From the NCBI GenBank assembly GCA_965249725.1, contig CBDFMQ010000002.1, positions 288,001 through 352,000 on the forward strand: a stretch of 64,000 nucleotides of DNA. Direction: 5' to 3'. The position numbers and the translations under genes are program-made. The DNA is from Longimicrobiales bacterium (GTDB lineage Bacteria; Gemmatimonadota; Gemmatimonadetes; Longimicrobiales; Gaopeijiaceae). Positions 8,795 through 17,961 of this stretch are shown here, in pieces (within the stretch, counting starts at the first letter, position 1; the number at the start of each line of letters is the position of its first letter). The notes beneath the pieces are model-generated. The model was not told where the DNA came from. It ran no database searches and was given only the letters and a program-made list of their open reading frames with translations.

Positions 8795-10186
8795 ATGTCA
8801 TCGAGACCCTCAACCATCATCCGGGTGGCGATCGCATCAGCCGTTGCGTTCGCCGCTGCGTTCGCCTTGGGTGCGTCCTCCCACGTCGCGGGCCAGGACC
8901 AGTCCACGTATCCCCGCATGCCGGGAATGGCGGGAAGCCCGAACGTCGAAGTCCTCTCGCACCTCACGTTGGGCATGGGGACCGTGTCGGACATCGAGGT
9001 CGAGCAGGACGCCGACCGTCCTTACGCCTACGTGACCCGCCGGATGGGCGGCTTCGACGTGATCAGCCTGGAAGATCCGGAGAACGCCGAGGTCATCTAC
9101 GAGTGGCGGATTGAGAATCTGGCACTCCACCAAGGTGGGGGATCCGACACCAAGTACTTCAAGCACGACGGGCGTTACTACCTGGTGCAGGGAGTCAGCT
9201 TCCGGCAGGGCGGTCCCGACGCTGACGTCGCTGCCATCGTCTTCGACGTGACCGGACTCCCCGACGGATCGCAGGTGCGAGAGGTGGGGCGCGTGCGGCC
9301 CGAGGGTGGAGGGGGCTTCCACAATATCTTCATGTACAAGCACACCGACGGCCGTCCGATTCTCCTGGCCACCCACGCGGGCGCCAAGATGTTCGACATG
9401 GGGAGGTTCGTCGAGGGCGAGGAGGACCAGGGCTACCTCGGGACGATCGGCGTACCGCCGGATCCCGGGAATCTGTCGACCGGCTACCATGACCTCTACG
9501 CTGCGTTCGATCCGACCACGCAGCAGGACCGGTTCTATGGTGGAGGGGGTGGGGGATACTACGTCTACGACATCACCAGTCCGGAGAACCACGAACTCAT
9601 CACGACGGTCACGGGTGTGTCCGGATTCAATTGGGGTCACACCTTCACGCCTACCCCCGACGGTCGGTACGCCGTGGGCGAGGCCGAGTGGCAGTACCAG
9701 CCGCTTCGGATCTTCGATCTGAAGCCGGGACTGGATGCCGCGGCTAGGGGTGAGCTGCTGAACATCCGCCGTCCCATCGGCGCCTGGCATGCCGACTACA
9801 AGACGGTGGCCCACAACCACGAGGTCCGGTGGCCCTACGTGTTCGTTTCGGGCTACGTGACCGGCCTGTCGGTCTTCAACATGATGGACCCCACGAACCC
9901 CTATACCGTCGGATACTACGACACGTATCCGGGCCCGAACGACAAGGGCGGTGAGGAACTCGGCAGGGGTGGCAACTTCACCTGGGACGTCTACGAGGGT
10001 GCTTGGGGAATCGACGTGCGGAACGTCGACGGGCTGATCGTGATAAGCGATATGACCACAGGGTTCTGGATCTTCAAGATGGACGGCTTCGACGGATGGA
10101 ACGGGAACGATTGGGGGATGCCGAACAACTCGAGCGCCCAGGATTGGGACAACGGACCCGACGGCGTGCAGAGGCCGATATCCTGA
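8795..10186 (+). CDS. Secreted His-rich beta-propeller protein, paralog P3
   Basis: Same motifs, closest to P1; ATG 8795 with GGAGGT RBS. Confidence 0.78.
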   Translation: MSSRPSTIIRVAIASAVAFAAAFALGASSHVAGQDQSTYPRMPGMAGSPNVEVLSHLTLGMGTVSDIEVEQDADRPYAYVTRRMGGFDVISLEDPENAEVIYEWRIENLALHQGGGSDTKYFKHDGRYYLVQGVSFRQGGPDADVAAIVFDVTGLPDGSQVREVGRVRPEGGGGFHNIFMYKHTDGRPILLATHAGAKMFDMGRFVEGEEDQGYLGTIGVPPDPGNLSTGYHDLYAAFDPTTQQDRFYGGGGGGYYVYDITSPENHELITTVTGVSGFNWGHTFTPTPDGRYAVGEAEWQYQPLRIFDLKPGLDAAARGELLNIRRPIGAWHADYKTVAHNHEVRWPYVFVSGYVTGLSVFNMMDPTNPYTVGYYDTYPGPNDKGGEELGRGGNFTWDVYEGAWGIDVRNVDGLIVISDMTTGFWIFKMDGFDGWNGNDWGMPNNSSAQDWDNGPDGVQRPIS

Positions 10187-12378
10187 GGATTCACGGTACG
10201 GCATTGCTGCTGGTCGTGCTGGTTGCTGGATGGTTGCAGCCAGCGGCCGGCCAAGAGTTGCCCGGGGCCGCCTCGGACGCAGTGCCTCAGAGCAACAGCG
10301 ACATCCGCGTGCCCGCTACGTTCGTCGAGGACCGCCCGAGCATAGACGGAGTGTTGGACGAGGCCTTCTGGCAAGCGATTGAACCCATCAGCGACTTCAA
10401 GCAGAGGCTGCCAAACGAGGGTGCCGAGCCCACGGAGCGCACCGAGCTCCGGATCGCCTACGACCGCCGTGCAATCTACTTCGGACTCACGGCATTCGAC
10501 TCGGAACCTGACAAGATCAAGCGCACCATTTTGAAGCGAGAGGGATTCATCCCCCAGGACGATCACTTTCATATAGGGCTGGACTCGTACAACGATGATC
10601 GCAACGCATACTTGTTCGAGCTGAATTCCTTCGGAACGCAGGGTGACGGCCTAGTCACGGACGAGAATGACATTGCCTGGAACTGGGAGGGCGTTTATGA
10701 GAGCCAGGGTCAGGTCAACGACGAAGGCTGGGTGTTGGAGGTGGCTATCCCCTTCACCACGATTCGCTTCGATCCGGCGGAGAGCATCGAGATGGGGGTG
10801 GCGATTGAGCGGGGGATCGTACGCAAGAACGAGATTCTGCTGTGGCCACTCATCGATCTCGACTATAGGCGCTTCTATGGTCTCGTTCACTCGTCCCAGT
10901 ACGCGACGATCGTGGGGCTCGAGAACTTGCGTCCCGGCCGGAACCTGGAGATCAAACCCTATGCGCTCGCCGGCGCCCAGAAGGTCAACCTCGGTGTAGA
11001 AGGGGCCGAAAATGACACCGACGGAGACTTCGGTCTCGATGTGAAGTACGGCATCACTTCCAACCTCACGCTCGATCTCACGTACAACACCGATTTTGCC
11101 CAAGTGGAGGCGGACAACGTCCAGATCAACCTCACTCGATTCAGTCTGCGTTTCCCTGAAAAGCGTGAGTTCTTTCTCGAGAGATCGGGCCTGTTCGAGT
11201 TCGGATCGCGGGGCACAGAGACATTCTTCAGCCGTCGTATTGGAATCACGAACGACATTCTGGCTGGGGCACGTGTCACGGGGCAGGCCGGTCCGATCTC
11301 GGTTGGTATGCTCGATCTCCAGACCAGGAACGAGATCGACGCTCCGGGAACCAACTTCGGCGTCGCTCGAATCCGGGGCGACGTGTTGCCGGGATTGACC
11401 CTCGGCACGCTTTTCACGAATCGTGAAGGCGACGGCGAACACAACCGGGCCGTTGGTGGCGACATGTCGGTCCGGTTCTGGAGTGGGAGCACCCTCGACG
11501 CCTGGGCGACTAACGTGTGGTCGTCGGAGGGCGACGGCCGCTCGTCTGCGGGGGCCGTGGATCTGACCATCGACACGGACCTCTATCTGCTCGAGGTAGG
11601 CTATCTGAACGTCGGGGACGACTTCAACCCGGGAATCGGGTTCGTGCGCCGCCGCGACATGATCCGTTACAGCGGGAAGGCGGGCGTTTCGCCCCGCATC
11701 GGCCGGGGCGATCGGTTCGTTCGTCAGGTGTCCCTGTCGGTGGGTGGCAACTACATCGAGGGCCAGAATCATGAGAAGCAGTCGACCGAGCTGGGCGCAG
11801 ACTTCTCGTTCTCGCTCGAGAATACGGACCGCGGCGGGGGCAGTGTGAAGCGCAGCTTCGAGCGCCTCGACGTGCCGTTCCAGATCCGTGACGACGTGAC
11901 GATCGCTGCGGGCGACTACAACTTCACGACGGGCAGCTTCAACTACCGGCCCAACTGGAGCCGGCCCCTGGCCGGTTCACTCGCCCTCACCTATGGCGGG
12001 TTCTTCGGGGGCACGAGGACGACGTTCGGTGGTGGCCCGACCGTGAAGTTCTCGAAGCACCTCGAGGTGCGCCTCACGGCCCATCACAACGTCATCTCCC
12101 TTCCGGTCGAGAATGGTGATTTCTCGGCCACCATTCTGGGAGCCAACATCCTGACGGCCGTCAGTCGCAAGATCTTCGCCGAGGCGTTGATCCAGTACGA
12201 CAACGACTCGAAGAAGCTCCAGGCCAACTTGAGGATCAACTGGATTCACACGCCGGGGTCGGATCTGTTCGTGGTCTTCAACACCGGGTATTTCTTCGAA
12301 GACGGGATCAACTTCAGGGAATCGGCGTTGGATCAGAGGACGGGGTTGGTGAAGCTGACCTACTTGTGGTCGCTGTGA
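10183..12378 (+). CDS. CBM9-like plus DUF5916 outer-membrane beta-barrel protein
   Basis: IDGVLDE..W, TELRIAYD and EVAIPF (CBM9-like); LDLTYNTDFAQVEAD, FPEKREFFLE and FFSRRIG (DUF5916); C-terminal VKLTYLW; start uncertain (CTG 10183 or TTG 10204). Confidence 0.85.
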   Translation: MRIHGTALLLVVLVAGWLQPAAGQELPGAASDAVPQSNSDIRVPATFVEDRPSIDGVLDEAFWQAIEPISDFKQRLPNEGAEPTERTELRIAYDRRAIYFGLTAFDSEPDKIKRTILKREGFIPQDDHFHIGLDSYNDDRNAYLFELNSFGTQGDGLVTDENDIAWNWEGVYESQGQVNDEGWVLEVAIPFTTIRFDPAESIEMGVAIERGIVRKNEILLWPLIDLDYRRFYGLVHSSQYATIVGLENLRPGRNLEIKPYALAGAQKVNLGVEGAENDTDGDFGLDVKYGITSNLTLDLTYNTDFAQVEADNVQINLTRFSLRFPEKREFFLERSGLFEFGSRGTETFFSRRIGITNDILAGARVTGQAGPISVGMLDLQTRNEIDAPGTNFGVARIRGDVLPGLTLGTLFTNREGDGEHNRAVGGDMSVRFWSGSTLDAWATNVWSSEGDGRSSAGAVDLTIDTDLYLLEVGYLNVGDDFNPGIGFVRRRDMIRYSGKAGVSPRIGRGDRFVRQVSLSVGGNYIEGQNHEKQSTELGADFSFSLENTDRGGGSVKRSFERLDVPFQIRDDVTIAAGDYNFTTGSFNYRPNWSRPLAGSLALTYGGFFGGTRTTFGGGPTVKFSKHLEVRLTAHHNVISLPVENGDFSATILGANILTAVSRKIFAEALIQYDNDSKKLQANLRINWIHTPGSDLFVVFNTGYFFEDGINFRESALDQRTGLVKLTYLWSL

Positions 12379-12531
12379 GATCCGTCGACCGCCGCGATCC
12401 GACTGTCTGACGCGAAGATCTCGATCTTAATATGCTTGCGCCGTCGGTTCGGCCGGCCTAGATAGGAATGTGGGTTCCCGCCGGGTGACTTCCACCGCTC
12501 GGCCCCAGTGCTATACCCGGTGGTATGCCCG

Positions 12532-15500
12532 ATGCGCGGTCGCCTCCTCAACCGCATTTCCCCTCGCTTCCTCGCGCCGCTCCTGGTGCTGATCGTGCTG
12601 TCTTGCACGGACGGCGTCCGGCCGAACACCTCGGAACCCTCCTACTTTCGCGCCCCACTCCTCCTCGCGCCCCGAATCTCGTCCCTGTCGTCTGCCTTTA
12701 AGGCCGAGCCCGTCAATCGAATCCGGCTGACGGTACGTCACGCTCTGACGGCAGTCGTTCTGGCCACACAGGATCTCCCCGTCGATCCAAATGCCGCCCA
12801 GTGGCAGGTTGAGTTCGAGGTCGAGCTGCCGGGAGGCGCACCCGTTCCGGTAGTTGCCGAAGCCGAGTTGCTGGATGGTGACATCGTGCAGTGGAGCGGC
12901 CGCCTGGAGTTGGAGGTGGCAGCCCAGGCTACCCCGGTGGTCCACGAGCTCGATGTCTTCAGAGGCCCGCTCGACAACTTCTGGGCCGTCCTGGTTGCCA
13001 TTCAAGGAGGCCCGCTGTCCATGCTCGAGGGGGGTACGCTGCCACTGAATGCTACGGTGCAGGTGGATGGCAACCCGAACGCTCGGCCGCAGGTCTTCTG
13101 GCTGTCCCTCGACCCCACGGTCGCAACCGTCGGCGAAGCGAGCGGCGTCGTGACAGGGGTGAGCCCCGGCATCGCCCGGATCGTTGCGATCGCTGGCCGA
13201 GCGTCCGATCAGGTCGAGATCACCGTCCGGTCCAGGCCCGCTTCGATACAGATCCTCCCTGAGTCGATCGCTTTTGATGCGTTCGGACTTCAGGCTGCAT
13301 TCACCGCCGACGTTCTCGATACGCGCGGCGACGTGCTGGCCGGGGCGCAAGTCGCCTGGTCGGCGGAGGACCCGGCGGTGGCGGCGCACGAGGCCGGGGG
13401 ATCATTCATGGCCGTCGGCAACGGCGTGACGACCGCGATCGCGACGTCGGTTGATGATCCGTCGATCATGGCGTCGGTGCCCATCACGGTTCGGCAGATC
13501 GTCGCCGGCCTCGAGCTGTTCCCCACCTCACTGAGGCTGGTCTCCTTGGGGGAGACAGCGGCCCTGACCGCCTCGGCCGTCGACCCCCAGGGACACGACG
13601 TCGGTGACGCCGTGCTCGGGTGGTCCTCGGCCGACCCGAATGTTGCAGCCGTGGACGCGAACGGAGTCGTGACGGCCGTCGGCACGGGCATGACGACGAT
13701 CACAGGGACCGCCTCGGCGCCCGAGCTCGGTGTGGCGGAGGGGCGCGCAGCCCTACAGCAGCCGGTGGAAGCATCGATTACGGTGGAAGTGACCCAGGCG
13801 GCTTTCTCGGTGGTGGTCACGCCGAGCGAGGTCGAGCTGGGGGCGGTTGGGGAGACCACGCAGTTCGAGGCTCAGATCGTCGATGCCCTGGGGGTGCCGA
13901 TCACCGACGTCATGCCGGTCTGGAGCTCGACCCATCCGGAGATCGCATCCATCGATGTCGATGGCCTGGCCACGGCCCATGCTGTCGGCACGACCGCGAT
14001 ACAGGCCGCGGTCGACGGGATTGTAGGCCAAGCCACGCTGACCGTCGTCGCAGCGGATTTGATCGTGAGCCTGTTCGAGGTTCTCCCCGGCGGAGCACCA
14101 GGGAGCGTGATCACCGCCGCGGATGTCTTCTTCCGCGTGGAGGTGTTCAACCTCGGCCCCGGGGCCGCGGCGGCGACCGGTATCACCATCGACGTCCGCG
14201 ACAGCGGAACGGACGCGTTGGTCGGCCAGCTCACCTTCCCACAGCCTGCCCTCGACCCCGGCACTGGCTTCCTGCTCGAGGAGTTCGGTGCGGGCCAGTG
14301 GGCCGCCCTGACCCTGCCGGCCGGAGTGTACTTCGAGGCACGAACCGATCCGCACGACGGGGTGGTGGAAGGGGACGAGGCCAACAACAGCATCGTTTCG
14401 GCCGACTTCACCGTCCTGCTGACGGCGATCAACAAGTGGATCAATCCGGCGGGTGGCAACTGGAGCAACGCGTCCAACTGGAGCCTCGGGCACGTGCCCG
14501 ACCTCACCGATGGCGAGGTGGTCATCGATCTGGACGGCACCTACACGGTCACGATGGACGTGAACTCCAACGTGAAGGTCCTGACGGTGGGTGGAGGCAC
14601 GGGCGTGCAGACCCTCGCAGCCGACGGGCGGACGTTGACGCTCGACGGGGCGAGCACGGTCGCTTCGACGGGGGAGCTCAGACTGACGAACACCACGGTC
14701 GACGGTACCGGCTCTCTGAACAACGGCGGGCTCCTCACCGTGTTGCCCGGCACGGACAACATCGACGTGCCGTTCACGCAGTCGGGCTCGGTCGTTCTGA
14801 ACGGGAACAACGGAAATGCCATCCTCACGGTGGCAAACGGGTTCACCAACGCCGGGACCATCGACCTGACCGGAACGAGCTGGGCCGGGGTGCTGAACGT
14901 GTCGGCCGGCACACTGACGAACGGGGCCGGCGCGACGATCCAGGCGACGGGTGGCTCGACGAACCAGATCACGGCCACGGTCGATAACCAGGGGACGATC
15001 CTGGTCCAAGACGGGCTCCAGTTCTTCAACAGCGGACGCACGCTCACGTCCACGTCGGGGACGTTCGACGTGGCCGCCGGCCAGCAGGTGGAGATCAACG
15101 GAGGCACCACGGAGTTCGGAACCGGCACAGGACTCGTCGGGACGGGCACGATCAATTGGACAGGTACCACGGTGACGCTGGTCAGCGATGTCACGGTGGC
15201 GAGCGGGGCACCGACGTGGGCGTTCGGTGGCACGAACGCCGTGACGATCAACGGAGCCGGCACGCTGATCAATCAGTCGTCGCTGATGCTGCAGAACGAG
15301 ACCGTGGACGTGGCGATCGACAACCAGGCGACGGGCATGATCACGGTGCTGCCGGGGCTCACCTGGTTCAACGATGCGGTGACGCAGGCGGGCACCATCG
15401 TGCTGAACGGCAACAACGGACACGCGAACCTCTATGTACCCAACAACAGCTTCACGAAGTCGGGGACCATCGAGCTCACGGGCACGAGCTGGGCCGGGAT

Positions 15501-17928
15501 CTTGCAGGTGTCGAGCGGCGTGCTCGGCACGCTGACGAACGCGAGCGGCGCGACGATCCGCTCGACGGCTGGCTCGAACAACCAGATCACCGGGCACATC
15601 GACAACCAGGGAACGATCCACGTCCAGAAGGGACTCCTACTGAATGCCGGAGATACGGACACGACGACCGGGACGTTGAACGTCGAGAGCGGCCACACTC
15701 TCCAGTGGAACTCGGGCACGATTACGCTGGGGTCGGCGACTGGGCTCGTGGGCACGGGGACCCTCCTATGGACAGGGACGACCATGACGTTGGGCAGCGA
15801 CGTGACGGTCGAGAGCGGAGAGCCTGCGTGGACGTTTGCCCCCACGGTGCCGGTCACCATCAACGGCCCCGGCACGCTGATCAACCAGGCGTCGTTGACC
15901 TTCCAGGACGAGATCGTGAACGCTGACCTCGACAACGAGGCGACTGGCACGATCACCGTGCTGCCCGGCACCACCCAGCTGAACGGTGCCGTGACCCAGG
16001 CGGGCACGATCGTCCTGAACGGCAACAACGGGGACGCCAACCTCACGGTGGCAAACGGGTTCACGAACGCGGGCACGATCGATCTGACGGGAACGAGCTG
16101 GGCCGGGTTGCTGAACGTGTCGGCCGGCACGCTGACGAACGGGGCCGGCGCGACGATCCAGGCCACGGGCGGCTCGACCAACCAGATCACGGCCACAGTC
16201 GACAACCAGGGCACGATCCTGGTCCAAGACGGTCTCAAGTTCTTTAACACCGGACGCACGCTCACCTCGACATCGGGGACGTTCAACGTGGCGGCCGGCC
16301 AGCAGGTGGAGATCAACGGAGGCGTGACCACGCTCGGGACAGCGACCGGGCTGGTCGGGACGGGCACGATCAACTGGACGGGGACGACGGTCACGTTGGC
16401 GAGTGACGTCACGGTCGCCGCCGGGGCACCGACGTGGGCGTTCGGCACGACTAACGCGGTGACGATCAACGGTGCCGGGACGCTGATCAATCAGGCCTCA
16501 CTGACATTCGAGAACGAGATCGTCGATGCAGACCTCGACAACCAGGCCACGGGGACGATCACCGTGCAACCCGGTACCACCCAGTTCAACGGGGCGGTGA
16601 CCCAGGCGGGCACCATCGTCCTGAACGGCAACAACGGTGACGCCAACCTCACGGTGGCCAACGGCTTCACGAACGCGGGGACCATCGACCTGACAGGGTC
16701 GAGCTGGGCCGGCGTGCTGAACGTGTCGGCCGGCACGCTGACGACGCTGGGGATGAACGTGATCAGTGCGACCGGCGGTGCGACGGGCCAAATCACCATG
16801 AACGTGATCAGTGCGACCGGCGGTGCGACGGGCCAAATCACCGCGACGATCGACAACCAGGGGACGTTGCTGTCTCAGGACGGGCTCAAGATCAACAACA
16901 GTGGTCGGACGCTCACCTCGACGACAGGAACGCTGAGCGTGTCGGCCGGCCAGCCACTGGAGATCAGCGGTGGCACGACGACGTTGGGTAGTAGCACGGG
17001 GCTGGTGGGCACCGGCACCCTCGACTGGAGGGACACGCCGACCATAACGTTGTCGAGCGATGTGACGGTGGCGAGCGGCGCTCCAACCTGGACCTTCGGT
17101 GGCGGAACCGCTGCAACGATCAACGGACCCGGCACCCTGATCAATCAGGTCTCGCTGACGATGATCAACGAGATCGTGAACGCCCCAATCAACAACCAAG
17201 CGACGGGCACGATCACAGTGCTACCCCCGGGCACGACTCAGTTCAATGGATCGGTGACCCAGGCAGGTGCGATCACTCTGAACGGCAACAACGGGCCTGC
17301 TCAGCTCACGGTGGCGAACGGCTTCACGAACACCGGGACGATCGAGCTCACCGGCACGAGCTGGGCCGGCTTCTTGACCGTATCGGCCGGCACGCTGACC
17401 AATTCGAGCGTCATTCAAGCGACGGGCGGCGCCACGAACCAGATCACCGCGACCCTCAACAATCAGGGCACGATCATCGTGAATGACCAGCTCGATCTGG
17501 TAGGCACAGTCACGCATGCTTCCGGGGCGCTACTTCAGGGCACCAGCACCCTCGACATTACGGGTGCCAGCCTCACGTTCAACGGTGATGTCAACCCCGG
17601 CGCGCCCGGCACAGCCGGCACTCTCACGATCACCGGTGCTCTCGTACTTCAGGGCACGAGCAACGTGAACATCGATCTGCTGGTAGCGGGCCAGGACCGC
17701 TTGGTCGTCACGGGAGCCGGGACCCTCGCCGGGACCCTCAACGTGAGCCGGGAAGGTGCCTACGTGCCCGGTATCGGCTCGTTCATCGAGATCATGAGCT
17801 ACTCGTCTCAGTCAGCGAGCTTCGGGGGTACCACTGGTGTCGGTGTGGGGTTCAACGGGGACCGACAGTTTTCCATCAATACCGGGGACGCGAGCAAGTT
17901 CCGGCTCGAAGTCACCGCGTTCCCCTAG
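12532..17928 (+). CDS. Large surface lipoprotein/adhesin: Big_2 Ig-like domains, CARDB-like domain and ~202-aa beta-solenoid repeats
   Basis: VLSC lipobox; four W.S.DP.VA.V...G.VT Big_2-type motifs; DLIV...E.DE.NN; WINPAGGNWSNASNW; Gly/Thr/Asn-rich repeats. Confidence 0.8.
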   Translation: MRGRLLNRISPRFLAPLLVLIVLSCTDGVRPNTSEPSYFRAPLLLAPRISSLSSAFKAEPVNRIRLTVRHALTAVVLATQDLPVDPNAAQWQVEFEVELPGGAPVPVVAEAELLDGDIVQWSGRLELEVAAQATPVVHELDVFRGPLDNFWAVLVAIQGGPLSMLEGGTLPLNATVQVDGNPNARPQVFWLSLDPTVATVGEASGVVTGVSPGIARIVAIAGRASDQVEITVRSRPASIQILPESIAFDAFGLQAAFTADVLDTRGDVLAGAQVAWSAEDPAVAAHEAGGSFMAVGNGVTTAIATSVDDPSIMASVPITVRQIVAGLELFPTSLRLVSLGETAALTASAVDPQGHDVGDAVLGWSSADPNVAAVDANGVVTAVGTGMTTITGTASAPELGVAEGRAALQQPVEASITVEVTQAAFSVVVTPSEVELGAVGETTQFEAQIVDALGVPITDVMPVWSSTHPEIASIDVDGLATAHAVGTTAIQAAVDGIVGQATLTVVAADLIVSLFEVLPGGAPGSVITAADVFFRVEVFNLGPGAAAATGITIDVRDSGTDALVGQLTFPQPALDPGTGFLLEEFGAGQWAALTLPAGVYFEARTDPHDGVVEGDEANNSIVSADFTVLLTAINKWINPAGGNWSNASNWSLGHVPDLTDGEVVIDLDGTYTVTMDVNSNVKVLTVGGGTGVQTLAADGRTLTLDGASTVASTGELRLTNTTVDGTGSLNNGGLLTVLPGTDNIDVPFTQSGSVVLNGNNGNAILTVANGFTNAGTIDLTGTSWAGVLNVSAGTLTNGAGATIQATGGSTNQITATVDNQGTILVQDGLQFFNSGRTLTSTSGTFDVAAGQQVEINGGTTEFGTGTGLVGTGTINWTGTTVTLVSDVTVASGAPTWAFGGTNAVTINGAGTLINQSSLMLQNETVDVAIDNQATGMITVLPGLTWFNDAVTQAGTIVLNGNNGHANLYVPNNSFTKSGTIELTGTSWAGILQVSSGVLGTLTNASGATIRSTAGSNNQITGHIDNQGTIHVQKGLLLNAGDTDTTTGTLNVESGHTLQWNSGTITLGSATGLVGTGTLLWTGTTMTLGSDVTVESGEPAWTFAPTVPVTINGPGTLINQASLTFQDEIVNADLDNEATGTITVLPGTTQLNGAVTQAGTIVLNGNNGDANLTVANGFTNAGTIDLTGTSWAGLLNVSAGTLTNGAGATIQATGGSTNQITATVDNQGTILVQDGLKFFNTGRTLTSTSGTFNVAAGQQVEINGGVTTLGTATGLVGTGTINWTGTTVTLASDVTVAAGAPTWAFGTTNAVTINGAGTLINQASLTFENEIVDADLDNQATGTITVQPGTTQFNGAVTQAGTIVLNGNNGDANLTVANGFTNAGTIDLTGSSWAGVLNVSAGTLTTLGMNVISATGGATGQITMNVISATGGATGQITATIDNQGTLLSQDGLKINNSGRTLTSTTGTLSVSAGQPLEISGGTTTLGSSTGLVGTGTLDWRDTPTITLSSDVTVASGAPTWTFGGGTAATINGPGTLINQVSLTMINEIVNAPINNQATGTITVLPPGTTQFNGSVTQAGAITLNGNNGPAQLTVANGFTNTGTIELTGTSWAGFLTVSAGTLTNSSVIQATGGATNQITATLNNQGTIIVNDQLDLVGTVTHASGALLQGTSTLDITGASLTFNGDVNPGAPGTAGTLTITGALVLQGTSNVNIDLLVAGQDRLVVTGAGTLAGTLNVSREGAYVPGIGSFIEIMSYSSQSASFGGTTGVGVGFNGDRQFSINTGDASKFRLEVTAFP
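14735..17500 (+). repeat. Intragenic tandem repeats of about 606 bp (four full units plus a partial fifth)
   Basis: LNGNNG codons start at 14797, 15403, 16015, 16621 and 17278 (spacing 606, 612, 606, 657); boundaries approximate. Confidence 0.9.
16753..16842 (+). repeat. Perfect 45-bp tandem duplication (MNVISATGGATGQIT x2)
   Basis: ATGAACGTGATCAGTGCGACCGGCGGTGCGACGGGCCAAATCACC occurs at 16753 and 16798. Confidence 0.95.
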
Positions 17929-17952
17929 GAATCCCACCGGTGGGATTCCTAG
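17925..17952. repeat. Perfect 28-bp palindrome between convergent genes
   Basis: CTAGGAATCCCACC|GGTGGGATTCCTAG, overlapping the adhesin TAG stop. Confidence 0.9.
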
Positions 17953-17961
17953 CATTCAGCC

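Noticed and set aside
13753..15621. Long antisense ORFs (e.g. 13753-15621, 34703-36277, 27473-28900, 4396-5757, 8837-10204)
   Set aside because: Shadow frames of well-supported genes, expected in high-GC DNA; no motifs
14735..17500. Possible CRISPR or non-coding array
   Set aside because: Repeats are in-frame coding units without unique spacers; no cas genes
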